From a virus (Duplodnaviria; Heunggongvirae; Uroviricota; Caudoviricetes): 64,000 nucleotides of DNA. The position numbers were made by a program, and so were the translations under genes. The notes under the pieces were generated by a model. That model did no database searches and had not been told where the DNA came from. It worked only from the letters and a program-made list of their open reading frames with translations. Location: positions 61,580-125,579 of IMG/VR virus record IMGVR_UViG_3300013426_000013; one strand, 5' to 3'. Below are positions 26,816 through 35,804 of the stretch, piece after piece; position 1 is the first letter of the stretch, and every line of letters begins with the position of its first letter.

Positions 26816-27733
26816 ATGAATTTCAATGCTTTTTTGAAGATTGACGAAATTAAAAACCTGTTTAAATGCCCTGAAAATGTAAAATATCATCCTGAAGGAA
26901 ATACAGGTGGCCATGTTGTGAAAGCATTGGAATGGCTTAATGTTAATTGTCCTTCTGAATTTAAGCACGATTGCTATATTGCAACATTACTGCATGATAT
27001 TGGTAAACCTTTAACAGAAAAATCTTTATTTCCTAAACATCCTAAACATGATGAATTAGGGGCTGATTTTATTAGTGAAAATGGTGGCTTCCGTAAAGAA
27101 GTAAAGGCTATTTACGGAGATGTTGATTGGTCTTTTGTTGAAAACGTTTGTCGTTATCATATGACTTTTTGGCATTTCAAAGATCGTAACAAACGCACAT
27201 CTAGCTTTTTAAAATTGTTGGAAGGTGTTGGTTATGAAAATATTGATAAATTTTTATGGTGTGTGTTTGCAGATGAGTGTTGTAATGATAATGTAAACGA
27301 TAAAAGATATGCGACATTGTTTCAATTGTGTAAAGACTTGTTTAAAGACTTGAAAAACATGTGCGACAAAGTCATAGAACCTAATCATAAATATAAACAA
27401 TGGAGAAATATGTATTGGGAAGCTAAAGTACGTGTATGTTCTGACATTGTCAATACGTTTAATAAAGAAGCCAAATTTGTTGTGTTTGATGATTTGGTTC
27501 AATCTTTTATGAATATGCTAAAGAAAAAAGAAGGCAGTCAAATTAGCAACGATTCAGTTTCAATAAACAAAGAAAACTCGACATTGTGGTTTAATGTTAA
27601 CAATGTCAATTATGTAATTGGAGTAGATGATTTAAAGAAATGCAATTGCCGTGTAATGACTGAACATTTGTTTGAATTTAAATTCAGCACTGATTTTAAT
27701 ATTTGGTTTGTAAAGCCTTTAGTAGAGTTATAA
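26816..27733 (+). CDS. HD-domain phosphohydrolase
   Basis: 305 aa with HPEGNTGGH ... IATLLHDIGKP (H ... HD ... signature of the HD superfamily). RBS GGAGAA. Confidence 0.65.
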   Translation: MNFNAFLKIDEIKNLFKCPENVKYHPEGNTGGHVVKALEWLNVNCPSEFKHDCYIATLLHDIGKPLTEKSLFPKHPKHDELGADFISENGGFRKEVKAIYGDVDWSFVENVCRYHMTFWHFKDRNKRTSSFLKLLEGVGYENIDKFLWCVFADECCNDNVNDKRYATLFQLCKDLFKDLKNMCDKVIEPNHKYKQWRNMYWEAKVRVCSDIVNTFNKEAKFVVFDDLVQSFMNMLKKKEGSQISNDSVSINKENSTLWFNVNNVNYVIGVDDLKKCNCRVMTEHLFEFKFSTDFNIWFVKPLVEL

Positions 27734-28116
27734 CCGTTATGTTTACATATAGTTTACTCTTCTACCATAGTGACGGCACAATAACAGGGCCCCACATTGA
27801 TGCTTTTTGTGAAACTATAAAGGGTTTGAAATGCAAATCTCATATTAAATTTGACGGGTGTAATTTAGCGACAATATTTGATACAGAAAAATTTTTTATG
27901 GATTCTGGTGAATATTATACTTTAAAAGCAAAGGTTGAAAACACAGAGAAACATATGTTTACGGTTGAAACTTTTTGTGTTGATAAAGATTGGTTTAAAA
28001 GTATTAATTGTTTTGACAATATGAAATTTAAAGTCATTTTGAAAACAACAACTAAAGGCAATTTACAATTTATAAATGAACAACCTATAGGTGAAATTAT
28101 TTTGGAAGATTTGTGA
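27703..28116 (+). CDS. small protein, CTM family; ends IGEIILEDL
   Basis: 137 aa with a C-terminal motif. Confidence 0.5.
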   Translation: MVCKAFSRVITVMFTYSLLFYHSDGTITGPHIDAFCETIKGLKCKSHIKFDGCNLATIFDTEKFFMDSGEYYTLKAKVENTEKHMFTVETFCVDKDWFKSINCFDNMKFKVILKTTTKGNLQFINEQPIGEIILEDL

Positions 28117-28501
28117 AATGAATATTGAAACAGCTAGAATAAATTTTAATAAAATCATGAATAAATTTTTAGGAACTGCAATAAAGTATACCGATCCTTT
28201 TTCACACAAGGAAAAGGCGATAAATTTTTTAAAACTAAAAGATGATTTTAATTTTGATGAGTGGATAAAGCATCAAATGGAACAGTTTCAATCACTTCCA
28301 CAGTTTAAAGATTGTTATGAGATTACATTGTATGGAAAAGACAAACATAACATTGAAAAAGCTTTTTCAATGTTTATAAAAAAAGATGCGTTGTTTAATA
28401 ATGCATCAAAATTAAAGTACAATTATGAATTTGTATTTGATTGTTTGTGCTGTTTTGTTTCAGATGATGGTATCGGCGCTAAAGTGTTAGAAGAAATTTG
28501 A
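28091..28501 (+). CDS. small protein, CTM family; ends IGAKVLEEI
   Basis: 136 aa with a C-terminal motif. Confidence 0.5.
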   Translation: MKLFWKICEMNIETARINFNKIMNKFLGTAIKYTDPFSHKEKAINFLKLKDDFNFDEWIKHQMEQFQSLPQFKDCYEITLYGKDKHNIEKAFSMFIKKDALFNNASKLKYNYEFVFDCLCCFVSDDGIGAKVLEEI

Positions 28502-28959
28502 TGATTTTAAAAGTTGTATATACAGTAATTTATATTTTACCTTCTATCGCAATGTTGTTTTACAGAGATGGATGGCAACCTTTTGCATTACTGCTACCTA
28601 TATTACCTATTTGTGTAATTGATTTTAGTTGGAAACATTGTACAAATTATGTCATTGTAAATAAAGTGCAAATTAGTTGTTCAAATCTATCAAGAGAAAA
28701 TGTTTTATATTCATCAATAAGCGATTTTTATAATAGGTTGTCAAATGTTTTACAAATAAACAAATATACATTGTTGACAACTAATTTAAGTTCATTCGAC
28801 AGATTTATGTTTAAATTGTTGTTCAAGCATGTAATTGTGAGTTGGTGTCAGAAACAATTCAAGGGTGAAATCAAAATCAGTTTTAGCGCACTTTATAATC
28901 AGCTTGTTTATAAAGTTGAAAAAGTTGAAATTGGAGAAGTTTGTTTAAATAGTTTTTAA
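28498..28959 (+). CDS. small protein with N-terminal TM helices, CTM family; ends IGEVCLNSF
   Basis: 153 aa with a hydrophobic N-terminus and the family C-terminal motif. Confidence 0.5.
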   Translation: MMILKVVYTVIYILPSIAMLFYRDGWQPFALLLPILPICVIDFSWKHCTNYVIVNKVQISCSNLSRENVLYSSISDFYNRLSNVLQINKYTLLTTNLSSFDRFMFKLLFKHVIVSWCQKQFKGEIKISFSALYNQLVYKVEKVEIGEVCLNSF

Positions 28960-28969
28960 AGGAATTAAA

Positions 28970-29596
28970 ATGTCTACAGAATATTTTTATGTTAAAGAGT
29001 CAACAAAAGAATTGTTTGATTTAGGTAATGGTGGTCACTATTATGATTTATATGAAACAGTTTTAAAAAAGATTAAATCATTTCAAAAATCAGGAACAAC
29101 TATTAATATAGTTAAAGAAAAACTTAAGCCAATCTTTCTAGAAGAGTTTAGTTATTTTGATCCTGATATAACAGATGATGATTCATATCTAAATTTTATA
29201 ATAAATAAGATTGTTCCGGCTCTTTTAAATTGGGTTGATGAAACAACAACTATTGTTGATGATTATAGTTTGATTACATCTGTTGAAAAGAAATACGGTA
29301 AAGACTTGTGTGAAAAGTTTTATGAAGAAAACCATTCAAGTTACGTAGATCATATTTATAAAACAGTTGGCTCAATTTATGAAGATGAAACTTTTGAAGA
29401 TGGAATAGTAGATCGTTCAGTTACTTTTGATCGAGTGTTAATAGAATTGAAAGCAGGAAAATCAGCATATCGAAAAAGTAAACCGAATATTATGTTCGGT
29501 TTGTTGCCAAATGGCTTGTTGTTAGTGAATAATCATGGAATGAGTTTAGCTAAAGTTGAAGATATCCTCGCGGATGATTGGATTGTTGTTGACTAA
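28970..29596 (+). CDS. hypothetical protein
   Basis: 208 aa with an RBS AAAGGAA. Confidence 0.5.
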   Translation: MSTEYFYVKESTKELFDLGNGGHYYDLYETVLKKIKSFQKSGTTINIVKEKLKPIFLEEFSYFDPDITDDDSYLNFIINKIVPALLNWVDETTTIVDDYSLITSVEKKYGKDLCEKFYEENHSSYVDHIYKTVGSIYEDETFEDGIVDRSVTFDRVLIELKAGKSAYRKSKPNIMFGLLPNGLLLVNNHGMSLAKVEDILADDWIVVD

Positions 29597-29642
29597 TTAC
29601 TTGTTTTTATATATAATGCTCATATAAAAAGGTTTAGTTGAA

Positions 29643-29951
29643 ATGAAAAACAATGATACTGAATTGACGCAATCTGTAAAAGACTTTATATTGGCAACAC
29701 CTTTATATGGTTATGAAGTTATGTCTGTTGATGCTGCAAATGCATCAACGAAAAAAGGTTATACTTGTATTGAAGTTACATTAAAATACAGTACGTCATT
29801 TAATGTTGTCGAAGCGATTGTTTGGATTAACAACAAATATCTTGATGAACGTTTATATAAATATTTTAGGTATCAGAAAATGGATACTAATAAGTTTCAT
29901 GATGAAATAGTTCCTATTGAAATTGGTGAAAATGCTTTAAACGAAATTTAA
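29643..29951 (+). CDS. small protein, CTM family; ends IGENALNEI
   Basis: 102 aa with a C-terminal motif. Confidence 0.5.
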   Translation: MKNNDTELTQSVKDFILATPLYGYEVMSVDAANASTKKGYTCIEVTLKYSTSFNVVEAIVWINNKYLDERLYKYFRYQKMDTNKFHDEIVPIEIGENALNEI

Positions 29952-29960
29952 AGGTGCTAC

Positions 29961-30143
29961 ATGATAGTTGAATTATCAGAAAAACAAATAATTAGTAAAT
30001 CGGAAAAAGAACATTTAAAACGTGTTGAGCAATTGAATAGCCTAGAGCATTTAAACAATATTGCACGTGAAGAGTTGAAAGAGTGTTTGAGAATCCATTT
30101 TGAATTGTTTGGCTTTAAAAGGTTAAAAAATGAGAAATTATAA
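29961..30143 (+). CDS. small coiled-coil protein
   Basis: 60 aa with an RBS AAAGGTG. Weak. Confidence 0.3.
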   Translation: MIVELSEKQIISKSEKEHLKRVEQLNSLEHLNNIAREELKECLRIHFELFGFKRLKNEKL

Positions 30144-30897
30144 TGATATTTATTTATCTATTTTAATGAATGAGATGCTTGCACCACGACCTTTAAAGTT
30201 TGTGTCTTTTAATAATTGCTTTAAGTTATTAAATATGTTCGTTTATGCAATAAAACATATTATAAATAATTGTTCAGATAAAATTATTGAAGGAAAGCAG
30301 AACCAAAAAAATCAACAATTGACAGGGACAATTAAAGGGTTAAAAATCAATATCATTTTTGAATTTGATACTGATGAAGATGATACTTTAGCAAGTTTTA
30401 ATCCTTTAGTGTATCCGTATGAATTGTGCATTAATTTAAAACATTTAAATCTTAATAATAAAGAAGATTTAATAGAATACATTAATTCAATAAAATTTCA
30501 AACAATTCTAGCACACGAAGTTTGTCATTTTCAGCAAACAATTGAATATGGTGTATCAGAAATGAAACGATTTATAAATATGGAAAAAAATATTAAAAAC
30601 TATCAAACATCACCAATTGAATTGGAAGCTTGTGTCTTTATGGTTTTAGAAAACGCTAAAAGAAACAATGTTACAATAAAAGATTTAAATGAGTTTAATG
30701 ACTTCGTTTCATCTTTAAGTGAAGATTATCTTAATTTGGCAAAGACATTTATTAGCAACAATCAAGTTGCTGTCAAAGCAATTTTTGAAAACAACGAATT
30801 ATTAGAAACGTTTAATGAAAATATTGATGAAACAGATGTGGTGATTCTCGGCCCTTGCGTCACCGTAGGCAAAAGAAAGCATGTAAAATGGTGGTAA
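30130..30897 (+). CDS. HExxH-motif protein (putative metallopeptidase)
   Basis: 255 aa containing TILAHEVCHFQQTIEYG. Confidence 0.5.
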   Translation: MRNYNDIYLSILMNEMLAPRPLKFVSFNNCFKLLNMFVYAIKHIINNCSDKIIEGKQNQKNQQLTGTIKGLKINIIFEFDTDEDDTLASFNPLVYPYELCINLKHLNLNNKEDLIEYINSIKFQTILAHEVCHFQQTIEYGVSEMKRFINMEKNIKNYQTSPIELEACVFMVLENAKRNNVTIKDLNEFNDFVSSLSEDYLNLAKTFISNNQVAVKAIFENNELLETFNENIDETDVVILGPCVTVGKRKHVKWW

Positions 30898-31229
30898 ATA
30901 CCAAGAATAAAAAGCTTGAACTGATTTATCAAATTTTAAATGAAAAAGAGTCAACATTTAATCTATATGATAACGAATATTACGTCAAAACATGTCATAC
31001 ATTTTCACTTGATAAAGAAAATAATGAGTATGTTGTCGCAGGTGCTATTTATTTAGATAAAGAAAGAGCTACGAATGCATCTGGCTACATTATAGTTCGA
31101 GTGACAAGAGAAGATTTAAAACAATTTTCTAAAACATTTGAAAAAGATGATTTGTTTTTAGAAACACATGGGTTGTCCATATTAATAAAAAGAAAGGATG
31201 TTGGAAAAGTTGTGCTAGATGTTATTTAA
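30855..31229 (+). CDS. small protein, CTM family; ends VGKVVLDVI
   Basis: 124 aa with a C-terminal motif. It overlaps the upstream gene in another frame. Confidence 0.45.
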   Translation: MRHRRQKKACKMVVNTKNKKLELIYQILNEKESTFNLYDNEYYVKTCHTFSLDKENNEYVVAGAIYLDKERATNASGYIIVRVTREDLKQFSKTFEKDDLFLETHGLSILIKRKDVGKVVLDVI

Positions 31230-31233
31230 TCTA

Positions 31234-31262
31234 TTGACATACAACATTGTATGTGATACATT
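31234..31262 (+). promoter_or_regulatory. sigma70-like promoter TTGACA-N17-TACATT
   Basis: TTGACA at 31234-31239, upstream of the small membrane gene and the SPFH operon. Confidence 0.45.
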
Positions 31263-31297
31263 TTGCATACTACTAAGTCAGTTCAAGGAGAAATTTT

Positions 31298-31414
31298 TTG
31301 TTAAGTTTAGGTGTTGTATTTACTGTTGTTGCAGTTTTAGGTTTTGTTTGGGCAATCAAATTGTCCAAAGTTGTTGAAAAGGCTGATAAAGCTGATCGTG
31401 AAAATAAAAACTAA
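31298..31414 (+). CDS. small single-TM membrane protein (TTG start), partner of SPFH gene
   Basis: 38 aa (LLSLGVVFTVVAVLGFVWAIKLSKVVEKADKADRENKN) preceded by a strong RBS AAGGAGAAA. Not in the supplied ORF track because it is under 60 aa and starts with TTG. Confidence 0.4.
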   Translation: MLSLGVVFTVVAVLGFVWAIKLSKVVEKADKADRENKN

Positions 31415-31427
31415 TTGAGGTGTTTGA

Positions 31428-32576
31428 ATGTCGTTTAAAAGTTTGACAATCGTGACGATTGCAATTTGTTTGGTGCTTTTTGTTTGTTTGGCTGGTGGTC
31501 TGTTTGAAACAAACAGTTTCGGAAACTACCAAATTAAACAGGCGGCCGTTACTGGTAATGTTACTGTTCGTACAGCGCCAGGTTTGTATTGGCAAGGGTT
31601 CGGGCAAATCACTACATACCCTGTTTCTGAAGACCTTGATTTTGAGGATTCAGGAATGACTGTGCGTTTTAATGATGGATCTGTTGCTAGTGTGAAAGGT
31701 ACCGTCAAATACAAATTGCCAATGTTAGAAAAATTGCAGATGGAATTACATCGTGACTACGGTTCATTCAAGAATGTTGAAGAAGATTTGATTCGCAAGA
31801 ATGTAGCTGAAGCTTTATCACAGGCCGCTACGTTGATGGTTGCTGAAGATTCATATTCTGCAAGACGTGCTGAATTTTCAGATGCGGCGAAGAAACAGTT
31901 GGAAAACGGTATTTTCAAAACGTCTACAAAAGTTGTCGATTCGACTGATGAAAATGGAACAAAATTCAAACAGCGCATCATTAACATTGTTTATGATAAT
32001 GAAGGAAACCCTATCGTTCAGAAACAGTCATTGCTGAAGCATTATGGGATTGAAATTCTTCAGTTTGTTGTAAACGATTTTGGCTACGATTCGAAAATTA
32101 ATGATTTGATTTCGAAAAAGAAAGAAGCAGAACAATTGAAAGTTGTCAGTACTGCTAATGCTGAACGTGCTAAACAGGATGCTTTGACAGCTGAAGCTCA
32201 AGGTAAAGCAAGAATTGCTGAAGCACGTGCTAATGCAGAAGTACAGAAAATGACTGAAGTTGTTGAAGCACAGAAACGTGCTGAAGTTGCTAAACTTGCC
32301 GCTGAACAGGCTAAATACGAAGCAATGAAAGTTAAACAAGAAGGTGAAGCTGAAGCATATGCAAACAAATTGAAAGTGCAAGCAGGGTTGACACCTTTAG
32401 AAAAGGCTACAATTGAAAAAGAAACACGCATTGGGATTGCTAAAGCATTGGCTAGTGTGAAGTTCCCAGAACATATGATCATTTCAGGTGGTAGTTCAGG
32501 AACAGGTTCAACAAACCCTTTTGATGCTGTAGGTTTGAAAGCATTGTACGAACTGTCAAATAGTTTGAATAAATAA
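31428..32576 (+). CDS. SPFH/band-7 (stomatin/prohibitin/HflK-like) membrane protein
   Basis: 382 aa with an N-terminal TM helix, then a long Ala/Glu/Lys/Gln-rich coiled coil (AEAQGKARIAEARANAEVQKMTEVVEAQKRAEVAKLAAEQAKYEA) typical of band-7 proteins. GC content is higher than in surrounding genes. Confidence 0.7.
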   Translation: MSFKSLTIVTIAICLVLFVCLAGGLFETNSFGNYQIKQAAVTGNVTVRTAPGLYWQGFGQITTYPVSEDLDFEDSGMTVRFNDGSVASVKGTVKYKLPMLEKLQMELHRDYGSFKNVEEDLIRKNVAEALSQAATLMVAEDSYSARRAEFSDAAKKQLENGIFKTSTKVVDSTDENGTKFKQRIINIVYDNEGNPIVQKQSLLKHYGIEILQFVVNDFGYDSKINDLISKKKEAEQLKVVSTANAERAKQDALTAEAQGKARIAEARANAEVQKMTEVVEAQKRAEVAKLAAEQAKYEAMKVKQEGEAEAYANKLKVQAGLTPLEKATIEKETRIGIAKALASVKFPEHMIISGGSSGTGSTNPFDAVGLKALYELSNSLNK

Positions 32577-32585
32577 AGAAATAAT

Positions 32586-32618
32586 AGAGGCAATGCTAAA
32601 ACATTGCCTCTTTTTAAT
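32586..32618 (+). terminator. rho-independent terminator
   Basis: AGAGGCAATG ... CATTGCCTCT hairpin plus TTTTTAATT. Confidence 0.65.
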
Positions 32619-32646
32619 TGACAACTCTTTGCATCTAGTGTATATT
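32618..32646 (+). promoter_or_regulatory. sigma70-like promoter TTGACA-N17-TATATT
   Basis: TTGACA at 32618-32623 and TATATT at 32641-32646. Confidence 0.45.
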
Positions 32647-32673
32647 TATTTTAAATAAATAGGTAGGTGACAA

Positions 32674-33015
32674 ATGACTAATTGTTTAATGAATGCTACA
32701 TACACAAAAATGCAAGAAAGATTATTGTCAGATGATAATCTGAAAGTATTTACAGTGTGTTGTGATATTGATAAAAATGAATTCTTTTTTATCGAGCGTG
32801 TTGATTCTGATGCTGTAATTACAAACAACAACCGTTATAAAGATTATATCAGTTTGTGGGATTACCAGTTTGACAGATTGTCAGAAGAAGGTGTTAAGTG
32901 GATTAAACGGTTGTTAGATCGTGAAGGCATTATGATAGTAACAAAATGTAGCAATAAAGATGATTGCGTTAAATTGGTTAAGGAGTTGGAAAAGATGAAA
33001 TTTGCCGTCCACTAA
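32674..33015 (+). CDS. hypothetical protein
   Basis: 113 aa with an RBS GGTAGGTGA. Confidence 0.45.
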   Translation: MTNCLMNATYTKMQERLLSDDNLKVFTVCCDIDKNEFFFIERVDSDAVITNNNRYKDYISLWDYQFDRLSEEGVKWIKRLLDREGIMIVTKCSNKDDCVKLVKELEKMKFAVH

Positions 33016-33263
33016 ACATCATAATCGCTTGAAGTCTGTTTGTTTAAAACTTCTTCTTCATGAGCCTTTTGACAATGATTACGATAACCTGTAAAGATGG
33101 CAAAAGAGATATCAATAATAAAACATGTCACTATAAAAAATAGTTTGCCTTCATATGCTTTTCTGTAGCTACGGGCAGCAAATGTTTCATCAGGGTAACC
33201 AAACAGAATGCTGTTTAGTAATTGACTAATTGATATCAAAATGTTTTTTATGTATTGTTTCAT
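33012..33263 (-). CDS. small membrane protein
   Basis: 83 aa with two TM helices. It is the only minus-strand gene in this block. Confidence 0.4.
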   Translation of the reverse strand: MKQYIKNILISISQLLNSILFGYPDETFAARSYRKAYEGKLFFIVTCFIIDISFAIFTGYRNHCQKAHEEEVLNKQTSSDYDV

Positions 33264-33304
33264 ATGTCACCTTGAAACTTTATAGATATAAGAACTAATT
33301 TAAA

Positions 33305-33333
33305 CTTGACAATTCAACCGTTTTGCTTTATTG
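33305..33333 (+). promoter_or_regulatory. sigma70-like promoter TTGACA-N17-TATTGT
   Basis: TTGACA at 33305-33310. Confidence 0.4.
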
Positions 33334-33823
33334 TTTATTTAATGAAAGGAAACTTATGAGTAAAATTAATAAAAAATATAAAGCAAAAATTTATCGAGAT
33401 TCATGGTCAATTGATACTGCGTTTTATGCCTGGTTGTTGCCAAGGTTAAAATGTTATCGTGATTATACAAATGGTTGGCCGGATCAAGAATATAAAACAT
33501 TTGATGATTTCATTTCAGATATTAATGAAAAAATTAAATGGCTTGAATTCTTGTATAAAGCAACATCAACAAGAAAAGATTTGGCAATCACAAAAGAAGA
33601 AATTGATTCATTGTTTAATGAAGAAATGATTGACAAATATTATCAAGGTGACTGGCGTTATTGGCTAAATAAAGCACCACTTCATATAAAATGTGGTGAA
33701 TATGAAAAGATTTATGACGAAGGTGAAAGTAATTATATTTGGAAACAAGAAATTCTTCAAAATGCTTTAAGTAAAGCTTTTGGAGAGTGGTTTGGAAGTC
33801 ATTATTTCATGTTATGGTGGTAG
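33323..33823 (+). CDS. hypothetical protein
   Basis: 166 aa. The true start is probably the internal MSKINKKY downstream of the GGAAAC RBS. Confidence 0.45.
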   Translation: MLYCLFNERKLMSKINKKYKAKIYRDSWSIDTAFYAWLLPRLKCYRDYTNGWPDQEYKTFDDFISDINEKIKWLEFLYKATSTRKDLAITKEEIDSLFNEEMIDKYYQGDWRYWLNKAPLHIKCGEYEKIYDEGESNYIWKQEILQNALSKAFGEWFGSHYFMLWW

Positions 33824-33832
33824 CAAATAATC

Positions 33833-34039
33833 ATGAAGATGTTTATTTTAAATTTATCAAAATTTCAATTGATGTTTACAGTAGTAACTTCATTGGTTGT
33901 GTTGTCACAGGTTTTTGATGAATCAGAAGAAAGCATTTTCATTTTTCAAATTTATATGTTGTTTAACACTTTATCTGTGATTTTATATTTGTTTGGTGAT
34001 ATTGTTGCTGAAGAATATGAAATTGTTGATAAGCAATAA
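33833..34039 (+). CDS. small membrane protein
   Basis: 68 aa with two TM helices. Confidence 0.4.
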   Translation: MKMFILNLSKFQLMFTVVTSLVVLSQVFDESEESIFIFQIYMLFNTLSVILYLFGDIVAEEYEIVDKQ

Positions 34040-34059
34040 AGTTTAGAAGGAATGTACTA

Positions 34060-34407
34060 ATGGGAAGAAAAGCTAAATATACACCTGAAGAAAGAAAAGA
34101 ACGTGCTAAAGAGTATCGTAAAAACTATTATAAGAATATGCCTGAAGAAAAGAAAGCAGAATATAGAAAACGTTTTTACGAATATTTGAAAAAGCGTCGG
34201 CAGAACCGTACTGAAGAACAGATCGCTAAAGACAAAGAAAAAAGTCATCAGAGTTATAAAAAGTATATTTCTGTTCCAGAAAATCGTGCAAAATCAAATC
34301 AGCGAGCAAAAGAGTATTATCAAAGTCATAAAAAAGAAATTTTAGAGAAACAGCGGCAACGTTATGTAAATATGACTTCTAAAGATAAAGATAAAGATAA
34401 AGATTAA
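34060..34407 (+). CDS. highly charged basic protein (Lys/Arg/Glu-rich)
   Basis: 115 aa, about 45% K/R/E, ending with a KDKDKD repeat. RBS GAAGGAA. Confidence 0.45.
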   Translation: MGRKAKYTPEERKERAKEYRKNYYKNMPEEKKAEYRKRFYEYLKKRRQNRTEEQIAKDKEKSHQSYKKYISVPENRAKSNQRAKEYYQSHKKEILEKQRQRYVNMTSKDKDKDKD

Positions 34408-34850
34408 TGCGATTGTTAATGCCGAACGAGTGGACAGCATCATTGTGTTCAAACAAAGTTGTAGTCAACCGTTTAATACAATATCAAAGTTCATCTGAAC
34501 AATACTTTTTAGATAGTACTAATGAACACTTTAAGAAGATTCTTAAGGTGATTCAAAGTCATTGCTATACATATATTGTTGAATGTTTAAAACAAAATTC
34601 TGGTGGTCGTTGTTGCAACGGCAAAAATACGTTTGTTCAAATTTGGGATATGCCAAAATGTCAAACAAGTATTAATTCTATTTGGGTACAAGTTTATACT
34701 AAAGGAAGACGTGCATATTATGCCCATGAAGATTGTTTTAAGAGGTCACATATTGCATTCGAAGAGTTGCGTTTCATTACTGATGAATACACAAAAACAC
34801 GATATATTGTTTTAAAAGAATGTGGTGAAGTTGTTTTGGAGTCTATTTGA
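34407..34850 (+). CDS. small protein, CTM family; ends CGEVVLESI
   Basis: 147 aa with a C-terminal motif (G at -8, L at -4, I at -1). Confidence 0.5.
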   Translation: MRLLMPNEWTASLCSNKVVVNRLIQYQSSSEQYFLDSTNEHFKKILKVIQSHCYTYIVECLKQNSGGRCCNGKNTFVQIWDMPKCQTSINSIWVQVYTKGRRAYYAHEDCFKRSHIAFEELRFITDEYTKTRYIVLKECGEVVLESI

Positions 34851-35212
34851 TTATGGAAAATTATAATTTAAAAGCCGGAGAGCTTCTTGAGCTGGCAGAA
34901 GGTGAATATGAGGATTATTTTGTATTCATTAAGCGTGTAGTTTTGAAAGATTTTAATATTCAAGATGAAGCTAAAAGTTATATTGAAGAATGTGGTGATA
35001 CAATTAATCTTTATGGATTCATAGAGCAGCTTGATGATAAAGGTTTTACAAAAGAAATTGAAGTACATAATTTTTATGTTAGTAACGGTTATGTTGATAA
35101 TCATCAAGATTTTGATTGGTTCGGTAACTTTAGCGAAGAAGAAGTAAAAGAGCACGTTGATGCGTACTATAATGATGAAGGTGAAATAGTAGAAGATGAA
35201 GAAGAGAATTAA
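34847..35212 (+). CDS. hypothetical acidic protein
   Basis: 121 aa with a Glu/Asp-rich C-terminus. Confidence 0.45.
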   Translation: MIMENYNLKAGELLELAEGEYEDYFVFIKRVVLKDFNIQDEAKSYIEECGDTINLYGFIEQLDDKGFTKEIEVHNFYVSNGYVDNHQDFDWFGNFSEEEVKEHVDAYYNDEGEIVEDEEEN

Positions 35213-35753
35213 GTTTCGAGTTTGGGATAAACGCAATCGAGAATATTGGTCTTTTGATAAAATTGAAGATAAATATGATTGGTTGACGGATGATACTGAT
35301 TCAACAGAAAAAAACTTTATCATCATTGAGAAAAATACTGGAATGTGTGATTCCTACGGCCATGACATTTATGAGAATGGTTGCGTTGATATTGAAAAGA
35401 TCGGAATGTGTGTTGTTCGTATGAACAATAAAACAAGCACATGGTCTTTTGTTTTATCAAAAAGAAATAAACCTGATCGTTGGTTCAGTGTTGAAGATGT
35501 GAAAGATATGACTAAACGAACTGTAGGGAATATTCATGTTTACGAAAAGAATGTAATCAAACCAGTTGCACGTTGTATTGGTGGTTATGCTTTACGAAAA
35601 GATTATATTGAGTATGAACTTGATAGTTTGTTGTCAGACTTAATGGATCATGAAAACGTTGCTGTCAGTCGTAAATTTTTAAAGAAGATCAAAACAAAAT
35701 TAATGCGTTTAAACGAAAAGAAACATAAATCAAATCGCATGACACGACTTTAA
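35196..35753 (+). CDS. hypothetical protein
   Basis: 185 aa. Confidence 0.45.
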   Translation: MKKRIKFRVWDKRNREYWSFDKIEDKYDWLTDDTDSTEKNFIIIEKNTGMCDSYGHDIYENGCVDIEKIGMCVVRMNNKTSTWSFVLSKRNKPDRWFSVEDVKDMTKRTVGNIHVYEKNVIKPVARCIGGYALRKDYIEYELDSLLSDLMDHENVAVSRKFLKKIKTKLMRLNEKKHKSNRMTRL

Positions 35754-35804
35754 CAAGTGTTAAAAATGTTCTTTAATTTGCTATTTTAACTAAAGGTTTT
35801 TAAG

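Noticed and set aside
26717-26968. 83-aa minus-strand ORF overlapping the start of the HD-domain gene
   Set aside because: It is antisense to the well-supported HD phosphohydrolase gene and its promoter/RBS region, and is hydrophobic AT-rich translation.
31356-32593. Cluster of short ORFs on both strands (31356-31607, 31459-31659, 31526-31714, 31757-31987, 31840-32037, 32028-32381, 32198-32593)
   Set aside because: All are nested within or antisense to the SPFH/band-7 gene, whose higher GC content relaxes stop-codon frequency in the other frames.
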